In this document: in pieces, positions 1 to 9,712 of the stretch
Position numbering within the stretch: position 1 is the first letter of the stretch
Layout: each line of letters begins with the position of its first letter
Notes under the pieces: model-generated
Database searches by the model: none
The model's input: only the letters and a program-made list of their open reading frames with translations
What the model was told of the DNA's origin: nothing
Source of the DNA: Porphyromonadaceae bacterium
GTDB taxonomy: Bacteria; Bacteroidota; Bacteroidia; Bacteroidales; Porphyromonadaceae
NCBI GenBank assembly: GCA_030528445.1
Contig: JAUMYV010000001.1
Location: 5,968 to 69,967 of the forward strand
DNA length: 64,000 nt
Reading direction: 5' to 3'
Position numbers and translations under genes: made by a program

Positions 1-1
1 T

Positions 2-272
2 AGCCATTTCCCTAGAGTAAGCTCACTCCTAACCCAACTAGGGAAGATCAGTCTGCCTATATACTTCGTACACTACTTCTTCCTCACCAATCATTATCTG
101 CCTATCCCCGATTGGCTCAAAGAAAATAGACTACCAAGTGGGGTATATGCTCTGATAGCCCTACTCATATCAGCAGCAGTGATTGGACTTTCGGTCTTTG
201 TGATTCGCCTAATTGGGCGTTTCCCCCGTATATATAAGATATGTTTTGGGCGACTTCCTGAATCCAACAAGT
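2..272 (+). CDS. 3' fragment of a hydrophobic membrane protein, open at the window start (…YFVHYFFLTNHYLPIPDWLKENRLPSGVYALIALLISAAVIGLSVFVIRLIGRFPRIYKICFGRLPESNK*)
   Basis: Manual translation of frame 2 is stop-free from the window edge to TAA at 270-272. The hairpin plus T-run at 351-383 follows. It is not in the ORF track because it has no start codon. Confidence 0.25.
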
Positions 273-301
273 AAGGGGTAAATAGACAGCAATAAATGAA
301 T

Positions 302-383
302 ATCCCCCCGAACAGCCTATCGCATTATTCGGGGGGATACTGAGGCTACAAGCTCAGCCGTAGGTTAGCGGCTGAGCTTTTTC
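302..383. terminator. Two adjacent stem-loops: an 11-bp perfect stem at 302-338, and a 10-bp stem at 351-378 followed by TTTTT
   Basis: ATCCCCCCGAA…TTCGGGGGGAT and AGCTCAGCCG…CGGCTGAGCT+TTTTT. They sit at the 3' end of the minus-strand etf operon and of the plus-strand upstream fragment. Confidence 0.5.
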
Positions 384-1357
384 GTTAGGGCGGGGAGGAT
401 TTGGTGGAGGTCGCCTACGAGGCCGAGATCAGCCACACCGAAGATTGGGGCGAACTTATCCTTATTGATCGCAATGATATACTCCGACTCCTCCATACCT
501 GCTAGGTGCTGGATAGCACCAGATATGCCACAAGCGATGTACACATCAGGGCGAACCGTCTTACCCGTCTGCCCCACTTGGCGTTCGTGACCAATCAGCC
601 CAGCGTCTACCATTGCGCGAGAGGACGAAACCTCAGCCTTGATGCAGGCCGCTAGGGCTCTTAGCTTGTCGAAGCCGTCGTGACTGCCGACACCACGACC
701 ACCAGAGACGAGGATATTCGCCTCGGTGATGTCCACAAGGTGCTTCTCGGCCTTGACCACTTGCTTAACGCGCACCTTGGGAGCCTCAGTCGAGAACGCT
801 ACGGCGAAGCTCTCCGCCGTGCCAGTGCGGCTAGGATCGGCTGCCGAACGACGCATTACTCCAGGGCGAACGGTAGAGATCTGTGGGCGATGCTCTTTAC
901 ATAGGATAGTCGCACAGAGGTTACCACCGAAAGCTGGGCGGGTCATCATCAGATGGCCATCGGGCGACATATCGAGCTGTGTGCAGTCTGCAGTTAAGCC
1001 CGTCATCAGCCTAGCCGAGAGGCGTGGCCCTAGGTCTCGGCCAATCGTCGTAGCCCCTAGCATCACAATCTCGGGCTTCTTGGCCATAATTACCTGATGA
1101 AAGGCATGAGTATAGGGTTCGGTTAGGTAGTGCCCTAGGGCTGGGTCGTCCACAAGGATGACGTGATCTGCACCAGCGGCATGCAGTTCGCTCGCCAGTG
1201 GTGTGATGCCCTCGCCCATGAGGAGGGCTGTTACGGTCATTGGCTTCTGCTCGGCCAGCTCACGCGCCTTGGAGAGTAGCTCGAAAGCGACGGAGCTGAT
1301 CACGCCCTCGCGCTGCTCGGCAAAGACCAATATGCCTTGATAATCTTGGATATTCAT
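365..1357 (-). CDS. etfA: electron transfer flavoprotein, alpha subunit
   Basis: 330 aa with an ETF-alpha-like N-terminal region and a C-terminal FAD-binding region; adjacent to etfB and an acyl-CoA dehydrogenase. Confidence 0.9.
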   Translation of the reverse strand: MNIQDYQGILVFAEQREGVISSVAFELLSKARELAEQKPMTVTALLMGEGITPLASELHAAGADHVILVDDPALGHYLTEPYTHAFHQVIMAKKPEIVMLGATTIGRDLGPRLSARLMTGLTADCTQLDMSPDGHLMMTRPAFGGNLCATILCKEHRPQISTVRPGVMRRSAADPSRTGTAESFAVAFSTEAPKVRVKQVVKAEKHLVDITEANILVSGGRGVGSHDGFDKLRALAACIKAEVSSSRAMVDAGLIGHERQVGQTGKTVRPDVYIACGISGAIQHLAGMEESEYIIAINKDKFAPIFGVADLGLVGDLHQILPALTKKLSR

Positions 1358-1371
1358 AAGCTAGCTAAGAA

Positions 1372-2157
1372 TTAGATGATGAATTTTTCTTTGAGTTTCT
1401 CTAGGATCACGTCCGCAGCCTCTTCGGCAGTGAGATCTTCGTAGAGCACGCCCTTGGCCTTAGCTCCCTTGGTGAAGGACTTGCCGACGCGAGTGGGTGA
1501 GCCTTTGAGCCCGATGAACTGCTCATCGACGGTGATGTCTGCGCTGCTCCAGAGCGTGATGGGGCGGTCGAAGGTCTCCATGATCCCACGCACATTCATG
1601 TAGCGAGGCTCGTAACCAGAGGCAAGGATCGTCAGCACGCAGGGCATATCGACCTCAAGGATCTCGTAGCCCATCTCCGTTTCCTTGCGCACCTCGAGGG
1701 TTCGCTCACCGATCTTCTTGGCATCTGCCACGTAGGTTACCTGTGGTAGACCTAGGTGTTCGGCGATCTGGGGGCCTACCTGTGCGGTATCTCCGTCGAT
1801 TGCTTGTCGGCCAGTGATCAGGAGGTGAAACTCTAGGTTGCGTAGCGCAGCGGCGAGCGTGTAGGACGTAGCGAGCGAATCCGAACCGCCAAACTTGCGG
1901 TCACTCAGAAGAATCGCTTCGTCGACACCCATAGCGAAGGCTTCGCGCAGTATGGCTTCGGCTTGTGGAGGACCCATCGTGATGACCGTAACGTGGGCAC
2001 CGAACTCATCCTTGAAGCGCAGGGCTTGCTCTAGGCCGCCCTTGTCGTCGGGGTTCATGATGCTGGGCACGCCGTCGCGGATGAGTGTTCCCTTCACGGG
2101 ATCGATCTTAATCTCTGTCGTATCGGGGACTTGCTTAATGCAAACTACTATCTTCAT
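1372..2157 (-). CDS. etfB: electron transfer flavoprotein, beta subunit
   Basis: 261 aa, MKIVVCIKQVPDT… is a typical ETF-beta N-terminus; 14-bp gap to etfA. Confidence 0.9.
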   Translation of the reverse strand: MKIVVCIKQVPDTTEIKIDPVKGTLIRDGVPSIMNPDDKGGLEQALRFKDEFGAHVTVITMGPPQAEAILREAFAMGVDEAILLSDRKFGGSDSLATSYTLAAALRNLEFHLLITGRQAIDGDTAQVGPQIAEHLGLPQVTYVADAKKIGERTLEVRKETEMGYEILEVDMPCVLTILASGYEPRYMNVRGIMETFDRPITLWSSADITVDEQFIGLKGSPTRVGKSFTKGAKAKGVLYEDLTAEEAADVILEKLKEKFII

Positions 2158-2166
2158 ATCGGTACA

Positions 2167-3306
2167 TTATTTAAGTAAGTGCGAAGCGATCACGATGCGC
2201 TGCACTTCGCTTGTGCCTTCGTAAATCTCCGTAATCTTGGCGTCGCGCATCATGCGCTCGATGGGATACTCTCGGGTGTAGCCGTAGCCACCGTGGAATT
2301 GGACAGCCTTGTTGGTCATCTTGACCGCCACGTCGGCGGCGTAGAGCTTAGCCATAGCCGAATCCATCGAGTAGGGAACACCATTATCCTTCTTCCAAGC
2401 AGCCGAACGTACCATAAGTCGTGCGGCCTCAATTTCGGTTTTGAGGTCTGCTAGATGGAACTGTGTGTTCTGGAACTGAGCGATCGACTTGCCAAACTGC
2501 TTACGCTCCTTGGTGTACTTGACTGTCTCGTCGAGTGCTCCCTGCGCAATGCCCAGAGCTTGAGCTGCGATACCGATACGTCCGCCGTCGAGCGTCTGCA
2601 TCGCTACCTTGAAGCCTCCGCCCTCAAGGCCGAGCATATTCTCCTTGGGCACAATGCAGTCCTCCATGATGAGCTCGCAGGTAGCCGAGCCACGGATCCC
2701 CATCTTCAGCTCCTTCTTGCCGACGGTGAAGCCGGGCATATCCTTCTCGACGATGAAAGCAGTGATGCCCTTCGTCCCACGGCTCTTGTCCGTCATGGCG
2801 AAGATGATGTACACATGGGCGTATTCGGCGTTGGTGATGAAGATCTTATTCCCGTTGAGGATGTAGTTGTCTCCGTCCAGGACGGCTGTCGTCTGCTGTG
2901 CGGCAGCGTCAGTCCCTGCGTTAGGTTCGGTCAATCCGAAGGCTCCGATCCATTCGCCAGAGCAGAGCTTAGGCAGATACTTCATCTTCTGCTCCTCAGT
3001 GCCGAACTGATAGATTGGTGCGCAGCATAGCGATGTGTGTGCCGAGAGCACTACGCCCGTAGTGGCGCAGACCCGAGCGAGCTCCTCGATCGCCATGGAG
3101 TAGATCTGGTTGGTGGCACCTGCTCCGCCGTACTTGGTAGGAAACGGAATCCCCATCATCCCGAGCGAAGCCATCTTACGTACCGTCTCGATGGGGAAAC
3201 GCTCCTCTGCATCGATTTCAGCAGCTAAGGGCTTTACCTCCTTTTCGGCAAAGGCACGGATCATTTGCAGGAAAAGTTCTTCCTGTTTGGTCTTGCTAAA
3301 GTCCAT
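2167..3306 (-). CDS. bcd: acyl-CoA dehydrogenase, short-chain (butyryl-CoA) type
   Basis: 379 aa ACAD fold ending …YEGTSEVQRIVIASHLLK; sits immediately upstream of etfBA. Confidence 0.85.
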   Translation of the reverse strand: MDFSKTKQEELFLQMIRAFAEKEVKPLAAEIDAEERFPIETVRKMASLGMMGIPFPTKYGGAGATNQIYSMAIEELARVCATTGVVLSAHTSLCCAPIYQFGTEEQKMKYLPKLCSGEWIGAFGLTEPNAGTDAAAQQTTAVLDGDNYILNGNKIFITNAEYAHVYIIFAMTDKSRGTKGITAFIVEKDMPGFTVGKKELKMGIRGSATCELIMEDCIVPKENMLGLEGGGFKVAMQTLDGGRIGIAAQALGIAQGALDETVKYTKERKQFGKSIAQFQNTQFHLADLKTEIEAARLMVRSAAWKKDNGVPYSMDSAMAKLYAADVAVKMTNKAVQFHGGYGYTREYPIERMMRDAKITEIYEGTSEVQRIVIASHLLK

Positions 3307-3420
3307 ATATTATCGTTGTTGAATAGTTAATTCAAAGCTACTTTTGAGCTATTGGTCTAGGGAGGCGAGAGACGCCAGCGTATTGCGCAGATCTCTCGCA
3401 TGATTCCCCTAGAGCAAGCC

Positions 3421-4776
3421 CTACACGCGCCACATTTCTTCCTCCGTTGGCTCTACGATCTTGTCGGAGAGTGGAGCGATGCGAGAGATGTTGAGCAGAT
3501 GTTTGTAGGTGAAGTTCTCCGATATAGAGTTATTCCCCCAGGTACCACAACCCAAGGTATTGGTTACGGCTAGGCCGTTGCGGATGTGTCCGCCGGCAGT
3601 CGTGGCACTAGGAGCATTGACTACGATGCGCGAAACAGTTAGCTCGGAGCCTGCCAAGATGATGTGTGCTTGGTTGTTTGAGTGTATTGCTGCCGTATGT
3701 CCATTGCCTTCGTGGGCCAAGTTCGTGCGAGCGATCTCTACGCCCTGCTCGAAGTGTTCGTAAGGGAGTGTACACATTACGGGGCACATTTTCTCCTTGC
3801 AGATGACGTCTTCGGCACCGACGCCACGAGCCTCTACCATGATTACACGAGTACCCTCGGGAACGCTGATACCAGCCTTGTTGGCAATGAACTGAACGCT
3901 CTGCCCAACGATATCCTTAGCCAAATGTCCGTCTGTGAAAATCGCCTGACGGATGCGATCGCCCTCGTCTTCGGAGCAGAAATATGCACCATTGGCACGG
4001 AAAGCATCGAAGACGATGTCTTTGTCGGCTTGGTGGTAGATTACGCTTTGCTCGCCCGAGCAGATGATGCCGTTGTCGAAAGCTCTACCTGCAATAATTT
4101 TCTTGGCTGCCTCGTGGTAGTCGATATTGCGGTCTACGATTACCTGTACATTGCCTGCGCCGACGCCGAAGGAAGGTTTGCCCGAAGAGTACGCCGAGCG
4201 CACCATATCCATACCACCTGTAGCTACGACTACATCGACGGCCTTCATCAGCTCTTGAGTCTTCTCGATGCTAGGCTCCTCAATGATCTGGATCATCGCA
4301 TCTGGCACCCCGAATGGTGCGATTGCCTCCTTGATGAGGCGTACGGCGTGTGCAGAGCAATGCTTACTGCGAGGGTGAGGGGCTACGATGATGGCATTGC
4401 AGGTCTTTAGGGCGAAGATGATGTTGCTCATCGGGGTTACAACTGGATTGGTCGTTGGTGTAATGCTCCCCACTACGCCTATAGGCTTAGCCACCTCGAT
4501 CATACCCGTACGGTCGTCGATGTTGATGATGCCGACCGACTTCTTGCCCTTGAGGTTGTACCAAACGCCCTTAGACTTACCCTTGCACTTGGTTACTTTG
4601 TCTTCATACACGCCCATGCGAGTCTCATCGACCGACTCACGCGCGAGCATCTCGGCATTGTCATAGATTACCTTGGCCGCTGCGTGACAGATACGATCGA
4701 CCGACTCTTGGTTGTGTCTGGCTTGGAACTCACGTTGAGCCTCACGAGCTAGACTAATCATTTCTTTGATTTCCAT
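3421..4776 (-). CDS. sucD: CoA-acylating succinate-semialdehyde dehydrogenase
   Basis: 451 aa aldehyde-dehydrogenase family protein carrying an IICSGEQS catalytic-Cys motif; located in a 4-hydroxybutyrate operon. Confidence 0.8.
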   Translation of the reverse strand: MEIKEMISLAREAQREFQARHNQESVDRICHAAAKVIYDNAEMLARESVDETRMGVYEDKVTKCKGKSKGVWYNLKGKKSVGIINIDDRTGMIEVAKPIGVVGSITPTTNPVVTPMSNIIFALKTCNAIIVAPHPRSKHCSAHAVRLIKEAIAPFGVPDAMIQIIEEPSIEKTQELMKAVDVVVATGGMDMVRSAYSSGKPSFGVGAGNVQVIVDRNIDYHEAAKKIIAGRAFDNGIICSGEQSVIYHQADKDIVFDAFRANGAYFCSEDEGDRIRQAIFTDGHLAKDIVGQSVQFIANKAGISVPEGTRVIMVEARGVGAEDVICKEKMCPVMCTLPYEHFEQGVEIARTNLAHEGNGHTAAIHSNNQAHIILAGSELTVSRIVVNAPSATTAGGHIRNGLAVTNTLGCGTWGNNSISENFTYKHLLNISRIAPLSDKIVEPTEEEMWRV

Positions 4777-4807
4777 TGCTAGTTATTTGGTTTGGTTGTT
4801 TAGGTTC

Positions 4808-5923
4808 CTAATAGAGCTGTGTATAGATCTGAGCGATTTCGTCCTCCGAGAAGGGAATGTAGTTATTCGCCAAGAGACGCTGCTGAGTGGCAAGTACAGC
4901 CTTGGCGAAGCCACGGCATTCCTCCTCTTGCATACCATACTCACGGAGCGGACGGCGAGTGATGAGCTGACCGAGTAGCGCATCGAGTGCTTCGTAGACC
5001 TCGCTAGGTGCGCATTCTAGATGCTCGGCGAGCTTCTGCTCTAGAGTAACGATTGCGCCAGTGGGTTTTTTCTGATGATAGAGCTTGAAGACAGCCGTGA
5101 AGAACTGATAGTTCGCCTCTCCGTGTGGCACGTGATAGTTACCCCCCAGTGGATACGATAGGGCATGTACAGCACCCACACCAACGTTGCCGAAGGCAAT
5201 ACCAGCCATATTCGCAGCCGTGAGCATCTCACTGGCATACTCGTGTCTGGCCTCTGGGTTACCTGCAATCTTGCGGAAGACTCCTATGATGATGCGCATA
5301 GCCTCTAGGCTAAAGATATGCGAGTAGGCATTGGCACGAGGAGAAACGTAGGACTCGACAGCGTGGATAAGCGCATCAATCGAGGCGGCTGCGTAGAAGC
5401 GGAAGGGCAGGCCGCGAAGCAATTCGGGTATTATTACCGCATCATCAGCCACGATTGCGTCGTCGGCCAAGCCCATCTTGGTGTGTTTGCTCTTAATCTC
5501 GGCGATTGAGATATTCGTTACCTCGCTACCAGTACCACAGGTAGTAGGTACGATGACCAATTTCTTCGCCTTCTTCAGCTCAATCTTGCGTTCGAAGGCA
5601 TCAAGCGCCGAGGTCAGTCCGTCTAAGACGAATAGCTTAGAAATGTCGATGACTGTACCACCTCCGATGGCGATTACTCTGTCGTAGATAATGTCCTTGA
5701 GGTCGGCGAGGATTTGGTTCATCATCTCGTCCGAAGGCTCACCCATGCCGTAGTGCTCTTGCATGACGAAGTGGCAAGGCAGACTGCAAGCCTTCATGAA
5801 AGGCTCGTAGAGGAACTCATTGGTGATCACGAGGTCTCGTTCGCCGAGGGCGAAAGCTTCGGCGAACGCCTTAAAGTCGGCAAACTCGTGAACTGTAGTT
5901 TTCAGTTTGAATAGTTGCATCAC
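4808..5923 (-). CDS. 4hbD: NAD-dependent 4-hydroxybutyrate dehydrogenase (iron-containing alcohol dehydrogenase family)
   Basis: 371 aa Fe-ADH fold (GGGTVIDISK); lies between sucD and cat2. Confidence 0.75.
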   Translation of the reverse strand: MMQLFKLKTTVHEFADFKAFAEAFALGERDLVITNEFLYEPFMKACSLPCHFVMQEHYGMGEPSDEMMNQILADLKDIIYDRVIAIGGGTVIDISKLFVLDGLTSALDAFERKIELKKAKKLVIVPTTCGTGSEVTNISIAEIKSKHTKMGLADDAIVADDAVIIPELLRGLPFRFYAAASIDALIHAVESYVSPRANAYSHIFSLEAMRIIIGVFRKIAGNPEARHEYASEMLTAANMAGIAFGNVGVGAVHALSYPLGGNYHVPHGEANYQFFTAVFKLYHQKKPTGAIVTLEQKLAEHLECAPSEVYEALDALLGQLITRRPLREYGMQEEECRGFAKAVLATQQRLLANNYIPFSEDEIAQIYTQLY

Positions 5924-5929
5924 TTTACT

Positions 5930-7225
5930 CTATTTATGGAACTTCTGATCATAAAACGCTTGGAGCTCAGCCCTAAAGTCGGGATGTGCTATGGCAATCA
6001 GTGCTTCGGCTCGCTCCCGTAGGCTACGCCCCTTGAGGTGTGCTACGCCATACTCGGTGACGATGTAGTCTACTTCGTTGCGCGAGGTCGTAACGGCTGC
6101 GCCTATGGCTAGGTGAGGTACGATACGTGAGGCCTTACCTCCACGAGCCGTGGAGGGGATGGCGATGATGCTCTTACCGCCACGAGACATCGACGCTCCA
6201 CGGACGTAATCGACCTGTCCGCCCACTCCGCTAAACTGTCTATCCCCCATCGACTCGGCTACGACCTGCCCCATCAGATCGACTTCGATACAGCTGTTGA
6301 TGCTGATCATACGATCGTTCTGGGCGATGACAGCAGGGCTATTGACGTAGTCCACGGGGTATAGCCATACGTCTGGGTTGTTGTTCACGAAGCGATAGAG
6401 CTCCTCGCTACCCATTAGGAACGTAGAGACCATCTTACCTGGATGCAAGCTCTTGTTTTTACCTGTAATCACGCCTGAGCGAACGAGCTCGACTACTCCA
6501 TCGGAGAACATCTCGGTGTGGATGCCTAGATCCTTCTTGTCGCCCAAGAAGAGCAATACGGCATCGGGAATAGCGCCTATGCCTAGCTGTAGTGTTGCCC
6601 CATCTGGGATTAGGCTAGCGCAGTGCCGGCCAATAGCCTGCTCCACTTCTCCAGCCTTAGCTTTGGGAATGGTGTAGAGTGGATAGTCGCAGAGGACGAT
6701 ATGGTCTAGTCTGGAGACATGAATGAGGTTATCGCCACCGACGAAAGGCATCTGTTTGTTGACCTCGGCAATCACTAGACGAGCACACTCTGTCGCGGGT
6801 TTGGTGTAGTCGCAGGAAATCCCGAAGCTGCAGTAGCCCTCGGCATTGGGCTCGGAGACCTGAATCATCGCGATATCGATGTGTAGTAGACCCTCACGCA
6901 TCATCTTGGGCACTTCGTGGAAGTAAATCGGGCAGTAGTCGGCACGAGCTTCATCGACCGCAGCCCGAGAGTTGGCACCGACGAAGTTGGTACGATGGCG
7001 AAAGTGTCTCGCCATCTCGGGGAGCATATACTCCCCTGGCCCGAGACAAAGCATATGATAGATCTCGACTCCCTCGAAGGCTTCTTTTTGCTCCGTGAGA
7101 GCCTTGACTAGTGTCTGTGGTACGGCCGCGGCATGTCCTAGAGCAATGCGATCGCCACTGCGGATGTGTCGAACAGCTTCGGCTGCTGTCGTCTGCCGCT
7201 CTTTGTAAGTTTCGGTCCAGTTCAT
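5930..7225 (-). CDS. cat2: 4-hydroxybutyrate CoA-transferase (acetyl-CoA hydrolase/transferase family)
   Basis: 431 aa with the family-typical N- and C-terminal regions. Confidence 0.8.
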   Translation of the reverse strand: MNWTETYKERQTTAAEAVRHIRSGDRIALGHAAAVPQTLVKALTEQKEAFEGVEIYHMLCLGPGEYMLPEMARHFRHRTNFVGANSRAAVDEARADYCPIYFHEVPKMMREGLLHIDIAMIQVSEPNAEGYCSFGISCDYTKPATECARLVIAEVNKQMPFVGGDNLIHVSRLDHIVLCDYPLYTIPKAKAGEVEQAIGRHCASLIPDGATLQLGIGAIPDAVLLFLGDKKDLGIHTEMFSDGVVELVRSGVITGKNKSLHPGKMVSTFLMGSEELYRFVNNNPDVWLYPVDYVNSPAVIAQNDRMISINSCIEVDLMGQVVAESMGDRQFSGVGGQVDYVRGASMSRGGKSIIAIPSTARGGKASRIVPHLAIGAAVTTSRNEVDYIVTEYGVAHLKGRSLRERAEALIAIAHPDFRAELQAFYDQKFHK

Positions 7226-7244
7226 AGCGTAGGTTTGGGTTGGT

Positions 7245-7553
7245 TTAAGGTTGGAGTTTTCGCTGACGTAGGATTGCTTTGGCCTGCTGGAGTAGATCTT
7301 CGCTTACGCCCTGCCGTAGGGTTACTTGCAGGGTGTCATCACCGAAAGCTTCGCGAACGATGCTCTGGACTACACGCTCCATAGTGTCATTGAGCGAGGG
7401 GCAAGAACTGCAAGAGCCGAGGAAGCGTACGCGAATGGTTTTGTTCTTGACCTCAATGAGCTCCAGATCGCCTCCGTGCTGGAGCAAGAGGGGGCGAACC
7501 CTCTTGCTAAGCACTTCACTCACGTTCTCAGTATTGAATGGCAAAGCATTCAT
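7245..7553 (-). CDS. NifU-like Fe-S cluster protein (Nfu C-terminal domain)
   Basis: 102 aa with a CSSCPS motif; sits between abfD and cat2 as in the P. gingivalis pathway locus. Confidence 0.75.
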   Translation of the reverse strand: MNALPFNTENVSEVLSKRVRPLLLQHGGDLELIEVKNKTIRVRFLGSCSSCPSLNDTMERVVQSIVREAFGDDTLQVTLRQGVSEDLLQQAKAILRQRKLQP

Positions 7554-7557
7554 TGCT

Positions 7558-9018
7558 TTATTGATCTAGCGATACATCTATCTTGGCGATCTTACGCGCC
7601 ATTTCTTTCTTGCCCTCTAGATCACTCTGTCGAGCGATCATGATGCGTTGCGCTTGAGGCGAACCTGCACCGTGCATACTCTCTGTACGGTAGCCCACAG
7701 CTGCTGTCCCGAGCGTGATGTTCTCGATTAGGCGAAGAATGCGCATGCGATTCTCGACGTGCTTGCCTTTGGCACCGACGAGGTACTTACGGACAACTGC
7801 CCCGAGCTTTGGATGACGTAGATCTGCCTCACTGGGCATGGTCACCATAATTCCACCTGCTATATCCTCGGCAAGGCGAGCGATCTCGTAGGGGAAGCGT
7901 GTAATATTTTGCTTACATACGTTAGCTAGCAGGAGGTCTACCATATAGTTGCCAGCCTTCATTTGCTTTCCCTCACTCGAGCAGGCGATACCACAGGCGT
8001 AGAGCGTCTCGTTCAGATGTGTCATCTCGATAATCTTGTCCTTGATGTGGGTTGCTTTGGGCACACCATTGTAGTCGGCAGCAAGAGCAGCAGCTCCAAT
8101 CAGCACGTCGCCTACACCGACCTTACAGCCTCCGTAGCTCTGGCGGTGGTAACCAGCGAATCGCTCTACCATCATGCCCGCAAATTGGTACTCACGACAC
8201 ATAAATACACGCTCGTTGGGGATGAACACTCGGTCGAAAACGACAAGTGCTTCGTGTCCTCCGAACTCTGTGTTCCCAGGATCAATGTCATGATACTCCT
8301 CGCTCTTGCGTGTATCGCAGCTCTGGCGGCCATAAATCATCAAGATACCCTCGGCATCGCTAGGACAAGCGAAAGAAACTGCGTAGTCGGAGTCCTCCTC
8401 GCGCATGGCGATGGTAGGCATGATCAGATGCTCGTGTGAGTTGACCGCTCCCGTTTGGTGAGCCTTGGCACCAGAGACGATGATACCATCCTCACGCACT
8501 TCGTCGATATGGAGGTACAAATCGGGATCTTCCTGCTGCGAAGGAGAGAGGCCACGGTCGCCCTTAGGGTCAGTCATCGCCCCATCGACTACTAGGTCAT
8601 TCTCCTGCACATACTTCAGATACTCGACAAATCGCTGGTGGTACTGCGTACCTAGCTCCTCGTCCATCTCGTAGGTGGTGGAGTAAATAGCGTTGAAGGC
8701 ATCCATCCCCACACAGCGCTGGAAGCACGATGCGGTCTTCTGCCCCAGTAGACGCTGCATCTTAACCTTGTTTTTGAGGTCTTCGGTGCTTTGATGTAGG
8801 TGACAGAATCGGTTGATGCGCTTACCTGTGAGGTTCGACACAGCAGTCATCACTTCTTGATGCTCGGGCATCTGCGCCAGTTCGTAGGTCATCGCTACGG
8901 AATTCATGGACGGACGAATGATAGGATGGTCTACTGGGTTTTCGATTTTTTCCCCCATAAACCAGACATTTAGGTTCATCTCCCTAAGGCTGTCCTCGTA
9001 CTCTTTTCTCGTCATCAT
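7558..9018 (-). CDS. abfD: 4-hydroxybutyryl-CoA dehydratase / vinylacetyl-CoA delta-isomerase
   Basis: 486 aa, 4-hydroxyphenylacetate-3-hydroxylase-like fold with CFQRC Fe-S ligand cysteines; first gene of the operon. Confidence 0.85.
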   Translation of the reverse strand: MMTRKEYEDSLREMNLNVWFMGEKIENPVDHPIIRPSMNSVAMTYELAQMPEHQEVMTAVSNLTGKRINRFCHLHQSTEDLKNKVKMQRLLGQKTASCFQRCVGMDAFNAIYSTTYEMDEELGTQYHQRFVEYLKYVQENDLVVDGAMTDPKGDRGLSPSQQEDPDLYLHIDEVREDGIIVSGAKAHQTGAVNSHEHLIMPTIAMREEDSDYAVSFACPSDAEGILMIYGRQSCDTRKSEEYHDIDPGNTEFGGHEALVVFDRVFIPNERVFMCREYQFAGMMVERFAGYHRQSYGGCKVGVGDVLIGAAALAADYNGVPKATHIKDKIIEMTHLNETLYACGIACSSEGKQMKAGNYMVDLLLANVCKQNITRFPYEIARLAEDIAGGIMVTMPSEADLRHPKLGAVVRKYLVGAKGKHVENRMRILRLIENITLGTAAVGYRTESMHGAGSPQAQRIMIARQSDLEGKKEMARKIAKIDVSLDQ

Positions 9019-9079
9019 ATCGGTCTAACGGTTATCAGTGAAACGTTTAAGTAATAATTCCGATAGTTAAGTTTGGCAC

Positions 9080-9203
9080 GCACGAGCCTAGAGGCCTGCG
9101 GACGAAGCCTATGGCATAGAGCCTAAAGTCTACGCACAAGTATCCGCAAAGGCCTATTGCATCAAGGTACAATACCCTCAACGCGCAGCCGAGCACGAGC
9201 CTA
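9080..9203. promoter_or_regulatory. Candidate operator/promoter repeats upstream of the abfD operon: an exact 11-bp direct repeat GCACGAGCCTA (9080-9090 and 9193-9203) plus three further AGCCTA/GGCCTA cores
   Basis: Read directly in the 694-bp intergenic region between abfD (minus) and the SWIM gene (plus). Confidence 0.3.
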
Positions 9204-9712
9204 AAATAATTTTAGTCTTGTCTGAATTTATTTCTGTCGCTTCATCACCCCTCTTCCCCAGGGTGGGAAACATCGCTTGTCATGGGCAGGTCTTCTGACT
9301 TCTCCTAGTTTTACGCCTTCCCGCTTGTCTGTAATAAGCCTAAGCAGTGGCATTGGGATGTAAAACTATTGTGTCTATTGGAGTTACAGCTGGGGGTACA
9401 GTCTCGGTCTTGCACCGAAGTTCCCTTTTAAGCCAATCGATTGACTACCGACTGATCACCTATGACAAGGGCAAAGATAGAAACAATTATAGAATAAAAT
9501 ACACAATTGATGCTTTTCCTGAATAAATTCTCTTGTCGATCTGTCTATTTCATCTTTACAATGGCTAAAATATAAACCTTATCCTAAGAGATTCCAGACA
9601 TTCTATCCTCTAGATCGAGTAAGGCGTATGATATGATACATGATGGCAGACCAAGGTCTGCTCTGAGATTGCTCTAGATAGAAAAAGGAGTTTCTCCAAT
9701 ATTCCTCTATCT

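Noticed and set aside
2455-3030. 191-aa plus-strand ORF (and similar ones at 680-904, 726-1097, 2179-2454, 3682-4410, 7963-8439, 20775-21158, 43287-43838, 45982-46446, 47312-47686, 62113-62514)
   Set aside because: These lie entirely antisense or out of frame within well-supported longer genes in GC-rich sequence. Their compositions are skewed to Arg/Ser/Ala and they have no motifs. They are shadow ORFs.
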